DNA from: Convolutriloba macropyga
Lineage: Eukaryota
Reading direction: 5' to 3'
NCBI RefSeq assembly: GCF_964194025.1
Contig: NC_134473.1
Coordinates: forward strand, 35,774,001-35,838,000
DNA length: 64,000 nucleotides
Part shown: positions 39,491 to 52,448 of the stretch, piece by piece
How positions within the stretch are numbered: position 1 is the stretch's first letter
Layout of the letters: the number at the start of each line of letters is the position of its first letter
Translations under genes and position numbers: made by a program
The notes under the pieces: model-generated
Database searches by the model: none
What the model saw: the letters and a program-made list of their open reading frames with translations, nothing else
What the model was told of the DNA's origin: nothing

Positions 39491-41739
39491 AAACAAAGAA
39501 ATGTTAAAATTTGGTGTGCAGGTTCAGTTAGGTGCAAGTCATACTTCATTCAGCTCCTAAACTGAAGGCTAAAAAGCTTGATATTATTTCCAGCTAGCAA
39601 TCACAAAAAGAAACTTTGATAACCTAATGCACTATGATTTAATGACCGGGTTTTATCGTTTATCCCGCGTCTTTTGATTTTGCTCTTTTGATCTTGACCG
39701 TATTTAATGATTAAAAATTTCAAATCCTTTGAGTTGTACCAGTGAATGAGGTAAGTCAGAAGTCAAGCGTAAAAAATTTGACTTATATAAAACAAAAGAC
39801 ATGATCGAAAGGTACACAACAAGTTGAAACAAAAAACTTTGCAGGGCAAATCCTAAAACAATTCAAAAAATTTTCATCAACAAAACCAAAAACTAACCTT
39901 GATTGACATGAAAACAACTTGTAAACCATTTGCTAAAAATTCCGATGAAAAGACTTTAAAAAGTCACAAATGCCGCATGTGAACAAAAATTAGCTCTATA
40001 AAACCGTATTTTAATCAAATAAAGTTTTCTCACTCCACTACATTAGAATTTGCGTGGAAAAAAATCACGCCGCAGAACCACTCAAGTTTTACTCAATTTT
40101 CGGCTTTGAGGTGATCAAAAATTGCACTCCAACTTGAGTTCGAAGATCGGGAAAATGTCAGAACAGATCTTTGAACATACCTGGCAGATTGCTAGAAAAA
40201 CCACAATACCTTTATGGATCTGCAGTTTCCAAAAGCTTTTTGTTCATTAAATGCTGAGATGTTATAATTTGATTAAGAATCTATTTAAATTCTGCTGCTT
40301 CTAATAGTTCCTCTCAAATAACCTTCAATTATAGTTACAAGCACTTCACTTTATCTCTTTGAATTAAAAAGCGAGGAAGTAATTTTTTAAAAGTGACGTA
40401 ACTTAAATCACGTTTGACCAAAAACTTAATAAAAAACTCCCTCCACTAAGAGTGAAAAATGATTTCACGCACGCAATTCAGTTGAAATTTCATGAAAGAA
40501 TGAACAAAAAGCAGATTTGAAGTGATTGTGACGTCATATGTTTGTACCAGAAATCTTAAAATCTTGACGCCGAAATAAAAATTAAATAGCCGACAAATAG
40601 CGCGAAACCGCCATTGACGTGATTAATGCAAATCGCGATTGAAACAGAAAAGGAGATATAAATTGGCGGATTTTTTGTCTCAAAGTGTTCTAATTTGATG
40701 TACAGTTTCAGTTAGATTCTAAAACTGTACTAGATTCAGCCTTTAAAATGAAAGCTATTAAGCTTTCTTTATAGTAATGTTAACTAGAAATGACTCTATC
40801 GAACTTTGATAACCTAATACACCATGAATGAATGTCAGGGCTTTATCAGTTTAACCCTTTTGATTTTGCTGTTTTGACCATTACCGTATTCACTGCATAA
40901 TTCAATGACTGAAAGAATTTGAAATCCAATCAGTTTAAACAGCGAGTGAAGTAATTCACAAGTCAAACGTGAAAATTGTGAATTGCCTAAAACGAATAAC
41001 GTGATCAAATCGTAAAGTGAATAAAAGAGAGCTCCGAGATAAAAAGCCGTTGAGAGGCTGCGGCGGTTAAAAACACCAAGATAAGGCCAATAATAGACCC
41101 AGATATCGCTCTCTGACTATTAAAAAAGGACAGCGCCCCTAGACCATTCAAATTTAATTGTAAAAAAGGAGAGCGCCCAAATGTTAGCCGTTGAGAGGCT
41201 GATGGCGGGTATTAGAAACTATAAAGCAGCTTTCAGCGATGTATTAACGAGCTTTAAATTTTTAAAAAGCAAAAATCATTCTGTTGAGCAAGGTAAGCCA
41301 GCCATGATCAAAACCTAGTCATCACCGTAGAGGCAATATATTTCACAGGGGTGTATTTTAGAGCTTTTGACGTGCAAAACTTCCGACAGTGGAGAAGTTC
41401 AAACGAGCGATCTCCTGGATAATAGTCAACGACGTTAGCCACTCAACGATGCTGCTTTTGGAGGCTCCAATTTAGATCACGCAAATTCAGAAATTTAGGC
41501 TCGAAAAAGTCGTTCAACAAGTCAAGCGAGAGAATGTTCTAAGATAAATGTAAACCGAAAAATGACGGTCAGACGACGAAACAAACAGAAACGAAGAGCA
41601 CCACAGCATTGCGTAATATAGCAAGTTAATATGTACCACAATATAGCATGTTACTATGTAAAAATATACATGCGCGGGGTGCGCAAAAGTTAAACACCCA
41701 CTAATGGGGGGCGGAAAAAATAGATCAGAATTCGGATAC

Positions 41740-41893
41740 CTGTATTGGGCAACTTGACTCTTTTGCCCAGTTGGTGCTTAGGAGTTGGTGGGCTCTGGCC
41801 TTTCCAACCCATTGAAGGCAGATCTCGACTTTGCAAGTAGAGCAGAGTCTGTAGTCCACTGCAGTAGTCACCAATCAGCGTGAAATCCTGGTT
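41740..41893 (-). CDS. DPYD: DPYD exon
   Basis: ttttcag|[22 protein letters not shown]...[15 protein letters not shown]; donor ACA G|gtatcc. Confidence 0.95.
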
Positions 41894-42102
41894 CTGAAAA
41901 CGGTTCATAAAGTACACAAACTACAGAACATAAGCTCATAACGTCGTATGGATTGCTATTGGCAATTCTAGCGTCGCTGGGTAAGCTGAGAGGGTTAAAA
42001 AGGGGGCGGGGCACCAAAATTGGGGAGGGGGTTCAAACTTTTTCTTCACACCGTGACATGAAACGATGCGTCCTCAGCAGTTTCGGCGCATTGTAGACTA
42101 AT

Positions 42103-45100
42103 ACAAGGAGGCTCGGTAATGTGCGTTCGCACATAAAATTCCGACCCCACTCATCTACATTTTTCACTTAATTGTCTACCAAATGAAGAAGAGATAAAAA
42201 AAGAATAACATATCAACATATCGTTCAACAAACTACTAAATGAATAAAACAATCTACCTTAGAGTGCCTATGAGACTTGTGACTACCATTATATGACCAC
42301 CAGAAAAAAACGGCGATAAAAATCAAATAATAACAAATATTAAATACGTTCAAAACTCGTTGTCCATTTTTTGAAAACCAATAAGATCCAAATCAAAATG
42401 GCATCAGATAAAATTTAAACTAAGAAGATTAACCTAAACTTTAGTAGATAATGAGACTTTTCCTCAATGCGACTTGGTAAAAAGTCGACAACATATGACC
42501 AAAAGCGCAAAATTTAATAAAAACATTGCTTTTTTGAAAAGAATTAATTTCAAACTGAATAGAAACATTATGCATCAGATGAAATCATTGAAAAATTCTT
42601 TCATACCTCCTTAGAGAGCTATTCAGACCTCGCATTATCCAGGATATGTCATACGACTACAAAAAGACCAAATACAAGCAAAAAAGAAAAATTTGCACAA
42701 AAACGATGTCCCAGCCAATTAGACATTATTCTGTTTACTAAAATTCTTACCAATTTTAGATTGCGTTTTTTTTCAATTGACCACAAGACCGCCTCTTAAA
42801 GTGAAACTGTGAAAAGAAAACAAAAACCTACAAAAATGGGCGAATATGCAAAATTCACGAAAAACTTATGAAAAATGGTTGTACCACGAACAAAGACCAA
42901 TTCAGGAAAAAATCGTTATAAAGAGCAACTTGTAGTTCAATAGATAAAGGATGTGACTTGTCTATCGAGATGCTAAGCTACAGGTTAACAAAACTAAGAA
43001 TCCACAATTTTAAAAAACAAATATTTCACAAAAATCATAGCAAACATAAGCTTTCGAATAAAAGAGCAGACAGTTCATCTTGCAACTTCTTGGAAACCTT
43101 ATTGCGCCTGTTATTAGTGAGACTAAGTCAGAAGATTAAAAAATAACATTAAACACCAGCCGAACTAAAAAATTTAAAAAACAACTTTACGAAACCACAG
43201 TGTTGAAGCAATTAAATTAAAATAAAACTAACCTATTATTGTAAAAAAAAATAACAACAAATCTTCATTTGCGTCGCCTTTGATCATCATAAAGTCTTTT
43301 CTAAAATGACACCAGAAAGAACCACAAAAGTATAAATTTATCTCAATTTCACAAAGTTCTGAAACAAATTGTCTAAGCCCTGAAGACATCAGTCAAAACG
43401 ATTAAACAACAGACAATTTACTGTTTGGATCAACAAAACATCAAAGAGACCTCTCAGTAATGAGGCCAAGTTACAAAAACGATACAGCATCGTAAAATAC
43501 GAAAAAAACCGCAAACCAGAATCAGAAGGCATAAGTTGACGAAAACTTTTTATCTTTTTTTTAGAAACTTAAATGAAAATCAAAAAACCATTGGCTATCT
43601 ACCGATATCAGTTATTAAGTTCATTCACGTATCTATAGTTGGCCACTGAGACCCTTAATTATCCATTATTTGGCATACGGAAACAAAAATTAACAAAAGA
43701 TAGAGGGCAAAAAACTACCAAATTATGCTAGAGAACGGTGTCGCAGGCCTTAAAACATATATTATGAACAAAATAAATATGATCAACAAAAAATTTTGTA
43801 AAGCTTTTTCCAATTAGATTGTTAATTAATGTGATATTTTTCCAAGGAAACAAAAACAACATCAAAAATGGGAAATATAGCACAAAAATCACAGAATTTT
43901 GTAAGAAAACTCAAAGCACCAAAAACAAGAAAACGTTATGTTAAAATATTCCGCCACAAAACTATTTTCTATTCTATAAGGAAGAGAGTTTGACCTGTAT
44001 TTACAGAGAATAGGCTAAAAGTTGACTACAATCATAAAAAAATGACAAGTTCGAACAATCACTGAAAATTCCATAAAACAAATACATTCAATGACATAAG
44101 AGACATTAGGTAATAACCGAATGCATGGTTCAGTTTCACTTAAATCTCCTGAGGAAGACATTTGGATCTTTGAATGGTTATACTTAGTAATAAGACTGCA
44201 AAAAGAATAACAATTGAAGTCAAAATTAGACTTCAGTTAAAGTTTACTAAAACTCTTCCTCAAAGCCAAAAAACTGTTAGGTTCTCGGAAAACAACTATA
44301 TCTACATTTCGCCTCATTTTTACCTAAAGTGGAGCAAATTTTAGAAGGCAGCAAAAAAACAAAAATTAAAAAATTTCTGATTGTAAGACTATGATGTTAT
44401 AAAACCTATCCCTGATAGTTCTGCGCGCCCAACAAAACGCCCAAGTGTTCCAAGTGTTTACAAATTAGACGAATTGTTGATTGAAGTTCTTCAAGTATTT
44501 ACTTTAAAAATAACGACGCATTTTGTAAAATTATCGAATTAAATCTGCAAAAAACGGCAAAAGTATTCCATAAGACTTTCATAGGGCGCCTAATTTCAAC
44601 TAGTTCTCTTTTGGTTAAGGAGTCTGTGTCAAGGTTTCTAGGTCACGTGTGGCAAAATTTAATAAAAAAGGACCAAAAAAGCATATTTTGTGCCATTTTT
44701 GATTAAGTTCGAATTTTGAAAATTTTATTAAAACCTTTAGCCAAAAAATTTTAATCAAACAATGCAGCAACGCTCATCTGTCTCTAAAGGTAACATTAAC
44801 ACTCTAACGTTAAAAATTTTAATTTTAAAATAATAACAGCAAAACTTTGCCAAAGTTTAGCCAAAATTAATGAAAATCTGAATAAAAACTGTGGAATACT
44901 CACAAAACTTCAAACCTCGATAACTCCCTGTAAAAAACGAAATCGAAAAAAATCTTTAATTCTATATTCTAGGATGTATGTGCCTTTTAATGATGCCACT
45001 CACAACTCTCTACGATGAATACATCGATCAACCAAAATTGTCTGAACAAAAAAAAACCAGTTGAGTATATAGTTCCTCCCTCCCGACTAAAGTGGGGGGT

Positions 45101-45108
45101 CGGAACAA
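42103..45108 (-). mobile_element. Helentron/DINE-1-like element, family 3, second copy (~3.0 kb)
   Basis: Stem-loop ATGTGCG-TT-CGCACAT; subTIR TTCCGACCCC (42139) / GGGGTCGGAAC (~45096). 44900-45070 aligns by eye with 11605-11780. Confidence 0.7.
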
Positions 45109-48100
45109 AAACTGAGAATTGCACATAAAGTTAAAACGTGGGCGAGCTTGCCAGTTTAATCAGTTTCTTTGCACATATGGTCAAACGGGTCAGACGATGA
45201 CACGAATAATTTTCATTGAACTTGTTTGAGAGCAATCAAACATTTCTGCAGATATCCAAAAAGCGGCTGAAAATTGCAATTTATTTACATCAAAATTAGC
45301 AGGGTAATTATTTGTCGTTAAAAAATGGGAGGAGAAACATTAACTTTGGACTGTTAAATAAAATCTTGTTATGGTAAAATCTGAAGCCTCGAAGCGAGGG
45401 AATTAAAATTTTTCTCACGAAATATCTCGTGTATTTAGATTTTGCTAATGACATTGGTTTCATTAGAACCTTAGCAGTTGAATTCAAACTATTCTAAACA
45501 ATTTTTCATAGTCAGCATTGAAGTTTAGACTACATCTAGATCATTTTAAAAAGTTAGGACAAACGCTTCCATGAGTCACTTTTTCTATGTTGATTAGTAA
45601 CCTCGCGTATAATGATGGAAACATTGCTTATGGAGCCTCAGAGCTTCGAAAAGTCTTGTATTGAAAAGTTCAAATCCTGAAAAGCAATCCGTCACACCTG
45701 GCTCATTGGCATGTTATCGCTGGCAATACTCACAATTATGCCGAGAAGAACCAATGCCCACTAATTGGGAGACGTGGCGAACGAATCAACCAACCAATCT
45801 AGCTTTTCATTACTGTCTAGACTGATTCTCTGAGACAATCAAACTCGAAGCCAATAAAATCACCCTAAATTTTTAGTCGAAAACAAATCTCAGCGCCGGT
45901 TCAGGCTATACTTTCAAATATTGTTGCTAATAGGTGGGCGGTCTTTCTTGAAAAAAAATCAATAAATCAAGTGAGCTATTCAAGTTTAAATTTTTATCAA
46001 TTAGATTCAACACTTAAATTTTTCATTTGACTGCATACACATATCAAAACACGCGAATTTCGATCTTCATTATATTAAATAAGGGAAAAATCGTGTCAAT
46101 TTGAGATTTAAAATTTGTCAGAAAATTAAAAGGTCAAAACTTTAAAAAAAAATCAAGTCTTTATAAAATAACTGAACAAATTATTCACACTTTTTAATAC
46201 GTTTTCTGACACAGCAGATGAGCCAATAATAATAAATGGGTTAAAAAAATTCGACATTTAAAATATCTCTGCTATTCATTTTTCGGAGACTTCAGTTTCA
46301 TAAACGAACTAATGTACCATTTAATAATACCAACTAGCAGTTGTGCTGTGGCTGTCATCAACCTGATGTAATATCTTGGCAACTAGAATGCTTTTCATCA
46401 TTTTCGTCTTCATTTGCTTATCTGATAAACTTTCGTATTCTCGACTTGTTCCTAAATTTATCCTCAAGAAAAATAGAGAAGTCAGAATAACAAAAAACCA
46501 CACTGAGCACCGAGATTAACGCAAAAACTTAAATTAACTAACGTCGGTCAAATTGTGCTCAAACGACAGGCGGGGCAATTTAAGCGGGTGCTGTGGCCTA
46601 GATAATTTTTGGTTGTACACAGTTCTGACCCGTGAGAGGTTCTGGACCTTGAATGTAATTCGCGTAAAATCGAGTCAAATCTAAATCCAAATCAGTTGAA
46701 ACAGTGAGATGTAAGTCACAAGTCAAACTTGAGACTTATGTAAAACAAACACAAGATCTAAAGAACAGACAAATTTAAAAAAAAACACAACAGCACAGGT
46801 GCTGAAATACAATCCAAAGAATTGAATAAAACACTACTTGACTAGCAGACGAATTGAACAATGACAGTGAAAAATACATCTAACTTCACAAATTTAGAGA
46901 AAATAAAAACATTACCGTTGCCAAAATTCTTGAAGCTAATAACTTGAAAGCCAAATTGCCACAATTGAATTAAAACCATCACCCGCGCACAGACTTCGAA
47001 AAAATTTTATTAGCTCCTAAGAATTTTTATTGGCCCCTACTAATGGTCCAGATCCATTAATAAGCTCTTCCAAATTTTCCGTGTAATATAACTGCCTAAT
47101 AAAAGCATTTCTCAGTATATGTCCGCAAAAATTTTTAACGCTGCCTAAAATTTAACAGGGCGCAACAAAAAGTTCAATGATGTAATTCTTCCTCGCAAAT
47201 TCCTTTCAATGTTTTATTTTCGCGTGAAGAATTTTCTCACTGAGCTCCGCGGTGCTGTAAAAATGTAGATCCAAACAATTTTTCTTAAATTTATCCAAAA
47301 TTTATTCCCAAGTTCATATTACAATTTGTTTTCTCTCGCTGTTAAAAACAAGAAAACAAGCGTTAAAAAGTCAATCGAGAAGTGAAATCAAAAGACTGCT
47401 CTCGATCAAAACGATCAAACAAAAAGCTTACATAAAAAAGACGCACACGTTCACAATAATTGCTGCAAACTTCGTTTGAGAACAATTAAAAAAAATTAAA
47501 AATAACTGGCAGATTGCCGCAAAATAGCCCCGAGTGGGATAGCAGAAAAGATTGATTGCACAAAAAAATTTAAGTTCGATCTATCATTTCATTTTGCAGT
47601 TTGACATACTGCTGTTTCATAATGAGGATTCAGGAGCTATTATCAATACAAAAAAGCCATGGAGATGGCAACTAAAACATAAAAATACACAAAGTTCAAG
47701 TTGCGAGCATCTAAAATAGGTCTTTATGGGTTTATGCGTTTCTATTTTTGATCCGTTTTTCGGTATTGACTCTGTTCATTTCAGATTGCTCTGCTGATCA
47801 TCTGCTGTTTAAACGCACTAGCAGAATGAGAGAAGAGAGAAACCAACCTACAAAAGATTTCAAGCAAAACGTTGAACAAGTAGATTCAAACAAATTTAGT
47901 CAAGCTCAATTAGTTCAAATATATTATGTTTGAGCATAAAACAAAACTTGGCATAAAAAATTCTTTGATCTAAAAGATGTTAGTATACAATTCTGCGCCA
48001 AACAGCCTGATTGTCGCTTGCTTTACTAATATTGTGTGACTACAAACACCGGTCCAATTTGAATTTAATTCATATCATAAACACAAAAATGTATGATTTT

Positions 48101-48221
48101 AAACAGATATAACAAAAAAGAAGACAGGGTACCAATCTAACTCATTCTTTTTCATTTTAATGATTAAAAATTAGAGTGAAAAATAAGAAACTTTTGAGTA
48201 GATGATGGCAGCTATTAATAA

Positions 48222-48668
48222 AACATAACCAACTAGCGTCGTGCGAATTGCTCTCGAACGAATGCAGAGCGGTTGGCTTTGTCAGTAGTTAGTTGCGGCT
48301 TAGGGAGGCTAGCTTTAGCTCATTGAGGCGGGTGGGGTGAGCATGGGGGGTGAGCTGAGTTACGGGTGGAATGAAGCGGATAGGAAGTGGTTACAGGGGA
48401 TTAAATTGGAGGGCGCTCAAACTCTAAGAACCGAGCTTCACACCATGAATTTATGTCTCCAAAACAGTTTCGGCGAATCGCAATACTTACTAAGCCGAAA
48501 AACTCTGCAAAAACTTAATAAACTCCAGGCGTTACCTTTTCCCCCATTTTCGAGGACGGAAAGTCAAAGGGGTTAGACAAAAAGATCAGATGAAAAGTTG
48601 GTAGAGCGAAAAATCGCATTAAAAAAGACCAGCACGACTAATACAATTGCTATAATTTGAGAGCAATT
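48222..48668 (-). mobile_element. Helentron-like element, family 1 (part of a head-to-tail chain 47500-49490)
   Basis: AACATAACCAACTAGCGTCG..AATTGCTCTCGAACGA at left, TTTGAGAGCAATT at right, with a G-rich slot. Confidence 0.65.
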
Positions 48669-49614
48669 AATCAACATTAACCGACTAGCGTCGGATTTGT
48701 TTTCGAACGAAAGTAGGGGGATTAAAATTAGGTGTGTAGCTGAGGGTTTTGGGGGTGCGAAAGCTTGGACCTGCTAGTGGTTTAAACCCACGACCTCCAA
48801 GATAGCAATCAGACATCATAACACCACAACGCCACATCCTAAGCCACAACACAGTTGCTGCTCAACCGCTAACAATCACTTTTATATTAGCAACAAACCT
48901 CATTTCAGCATGACAGATCAATTAAAAACATAACCGTCGGAAGAACTGCTCTCGTCGGAAGAACTGCTCTCGAATGACTAGCGGGAGCTCTAATCAATTG
49001 CAGCCTGCTTCAGTGGGGGGAGGGAGGGGGCTAAATATGTCTAAGAATTTCACTAGTGGGCTTCAAATAACCACATTAGAGGTTAACATATACCACTATT
49101 AAAATTTAAAATGAAAAATGGCCCTAGTTTCGGCGCACTTTTCAGTTTATTTTTAGTATTAAATTGCCGCCAATTGAGTTCAGCTGCTTGCAAATGATTG
49201 AGAGAGAATTTTAGATCACGCGAAACGCCAAAGTCAAAGGCGTAAAAGTCACTTGAAAAGTCAAAACGGTCAACGAAATTTTTGCCGAAAAAATGACACG
49301 CACGTTTACAATAATTGCTTCTCTACAGGAACAATTAATCACTCAAAATAAAGAAATGAAGCGTGAAAAAGTCACTTGAGAAGTCACAGAATTTTCTAGA
49401 ACAAACGCGCAAAAATGGTCAAGCAAACATTTTGTATGAAAAAAGACAAAAATGCTTACAATAATTACTTGAAACATTGTTTGACAACAATCAACAATTC
49501 CCTCCAGAGATCAAAATTTATGAATACGCAAGTACGTCATTACAAAAAGGTCATTTGATTACAATTAAATACAAAATACCTTTCTCCAAATTTTCATGGC
49601 ACCAGTAAATTTCG

Positions 49615-49784
49615 GGATCTAATCTGTTTAGCCCCCTCCCCCCTCCCCAGCTTAATTAGCATAATTTTTTAATGACCCCCAGGCGCACGTGCTATTTTCT
49701 TACATAGTAACGGGCTATATAACAACATATAATTTGTAACTGGGGGTCATAAAAAACACTGGGGGGCCGAAACACAATAGATCC
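49615..49784. mobile_element. MITE (same family as 15156-15312, inverted), perfect 8-bp TSD
   Basis: GGATC...GATCC termini; TSD AAATTTCG at 49607-49614 and 49785-49792. Confidence 0.88.
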
Positions 49785-50218
49785 AAATTTCGTATCTGCA
49801 CCAGTAAAATTTATATCTTTGAGTATGCTCCCATTTGACTTTATAGTTGATTTCTTACTTAAATTTTAACCTTGATTTTGGAGTATGAATAAGAACAGTT
49901 GTTGTTGATTAACATTATATTATTTGTTTTAAACCTTCATCAATAGATAGAGCATCTTTTTTGGCACTTTTCTTGCCCAATTCGAAAAAATGGCCAGGAA
50001 GTTCTCTTTCTTTCTCCAAGCTCATTATTAAACTAATTTACTGATTCCTAATAATTTCTGAATCGCAAGGGTTTGGCATGGAATCGCAAGGAATTTTGAA
50101 AAATCTCACGCATAAACGACCTCTGTATTTGCAATTTACCTCAAAAGTCGAGTATCCAATTTCAATAACACGCTTCTTGATCAATTGTATAGATCCGAAA
50201 AAAAAAACAAATTTTCAC

Positions 50219-50379
50219 CTGCACAGCACTGCAGATCTGTACAACAGATGCCCCAGCTTGAATGAATTGAAGAGCAACGTCGGCTGAGTCTATACCTCCG
50301 GTCGCCAAAATCGGATAGCCAGGCAGTGCTTTGCTGACAGCCGAGACTGCTCTAAGCGCGATGGGTCGGATAGCATTCC
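50219..50379 (-). CDS. DPYD: DPYD exon (FMN/TIM-barrel domain)
   Basis: actttag|GG AAT GCT: [54 protein letters not shown]|gtgaaa. No upstream exon found in the window. Confidence 0.96.
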
Positions 50380-52248
50380 CTAAAGTAAATCGATTCTTTT
50401 TCGGCTGCTTAGAGAAATTCGCAGAAAAATTTAGATACATTTCTAGCGATCACTTCAAATAACCCATTAAAAAAAGTTGCGAGCAAAATTTTAATGCTAA
50501 CATTTTCAGCAAAAACAAAAATTTAGCTGGATGGATCGGGAACAGTGCGTCGGGAATGTCTATGTAAAAACCTGGCACTACTCATAACCTGGCAGTAAAA
50601 AATTTGTGTTCATTAAAGGTAAACTTTATGATTTGGCAACCTTTGGTATGTTTCACTTTCAGAACAAACACAGCTGGTATATTATAGCCGGCAGATTGTA
50701 AAAAAACGGCAGCCATTGACCCCCACCGACGAACGTTAGAATTGAAACAGCAAGAAAAACATGAACAAAAAAGAAAAACCTAACCTTTTAGCTAAAAGTC
50801 AAAAAATTCCAATTTGTTCTTCAGTTTCACTAGATTAGATAATTATGGCAAGTTCGGCCATTATATTGGAGACCATTAAATTGAATATTAATAAAAAGTT
50901 ATCAGCTTACTCTGAGGAAATTTGATAGCTGAAACGAAGAATCTAAACAAAGACCATAATTTCCGGAGTTATATTGGTTTATCCCGTTTCTTTTGATTTC
51001 GCTTCTTGACCTTGCAATTATTCGCGTAAAACTTCTGAGTGAACTCTAAATTCCATTCAGTTGAAAGTGAGTACGATAAGTCAAAGGTCAAACGAGAAAA
51101 TTGTGACATGCATAACAAAAGAAACGTTATCAAAAGGTAACACTAATTTCAGACACATAGCAGGACAAGTCCTAAACTCAAATCAAATAACTTTCATTGA
51201 TTGAATAATGATCACGAATTGATTCGGAAAAGCATTTTTCAAAAACACAGAAAATTTGACAAAGCAGTAAAAACAGAAATGAAATTGCCGCAAGTGAACA
51301 AAACATCAAAATTGAGAAAGCGAATTTTTGATCACATACCGTTTTATCTCTACTTCAAAATCAGATTGATCAAATGTCACGGCGCAAAACCACTCACTTT
51401 TTCGCTCCACTTCCTGGTTCTGCGTGAATTGACTCCAAACTCATGAAAATATGTGAACAGACGTTACACTTAGACGCTATAAATAATAGCCTTTGAGAGG
51501 CTGACGAAGTTTAATAAAAATCAAGATCGAAAAAAATTAAGTTTTTTCAACAAAACCTATTACTGAGATCTCATATTTTGATTTAGTACTGCATTAGTAT
51601 TTTGATTACACAACTTTTCTGTTTATTCTTCTAAAAAAAACTTCAATTGAACTTCGATGAGAGATTCTCATGAGAGAAACTAGGCCAAACTGTATGAATA
51701 ATTAAAAAGAAAATTTTAAGCAAATGCGGCGTGAAATGGTTGTAACAAAAATCTTGACAAAAACAATCTACTACCGTCGGGCGAATTGCGCTCAAACAAC
51801 TGGCGACCAGTTGTCATTACCGTGGGGGGCGGGGGGGAGTAAGTCAATGGGGAGAGGAGGATTGGGAGAGCTGGACGAGCAGAGGTTCTCGCCAGCTAAA
51901 GATGAAGGAGGTTTAACGGGGGAGTGCCGGGTGAGGTGCGAGTGCGGCGTGACAAACCTTTAAGATTAAGAACCGCCCTTCACAACATGAAATTATCTCC
52001 TCAAAACAGTTTTGGTTAATCGCATACTTAGAGACTATTCAGGCATAAGGCTCTTAAAGAGCTGCTCAGCCACTTAATGCCCTCCGGGATTTACCTATTA
52101 TCTCGTTTTTGAGGACGAAAATTAAAAGGGTCAGACGAAAAATCGGTTGGGCAAAACGTCCAATAAAAACATGACCGGTAGAATATGAAAAACATCCAGA
52201 AATGGCCCGAGGATTCTGAAAAATAATCTCTAAACTCCCCTTATCTAA

Positions 52249-52448
52249 AACATAAACCAACTAATGTCGGAAGAATTACTCTCGAACGACAGGCGGGTGG
52301 CAGAACATTTGACCCCACCGGGATTCGAACCATTGACCTCCCGCTTCATAACAATATGCACTCCAGACTATGATATTTGGCCCTTATTTTTGCCATGCTG
52401 CAACCGACATTATATTAGCAACAAGCTTTAATTCGGAGTGAGAGCAAT
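52249..52448 (-). mobile_element. Short family-1 Helentron-like element carrying a tRNA-like segment
   Basis: Left hairpin/subTIR AATTACTCTCGAACGA, GGATTCGAACC B box (52321-52331), right end GTGAGAGCAAT. Confidence 0.55.
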
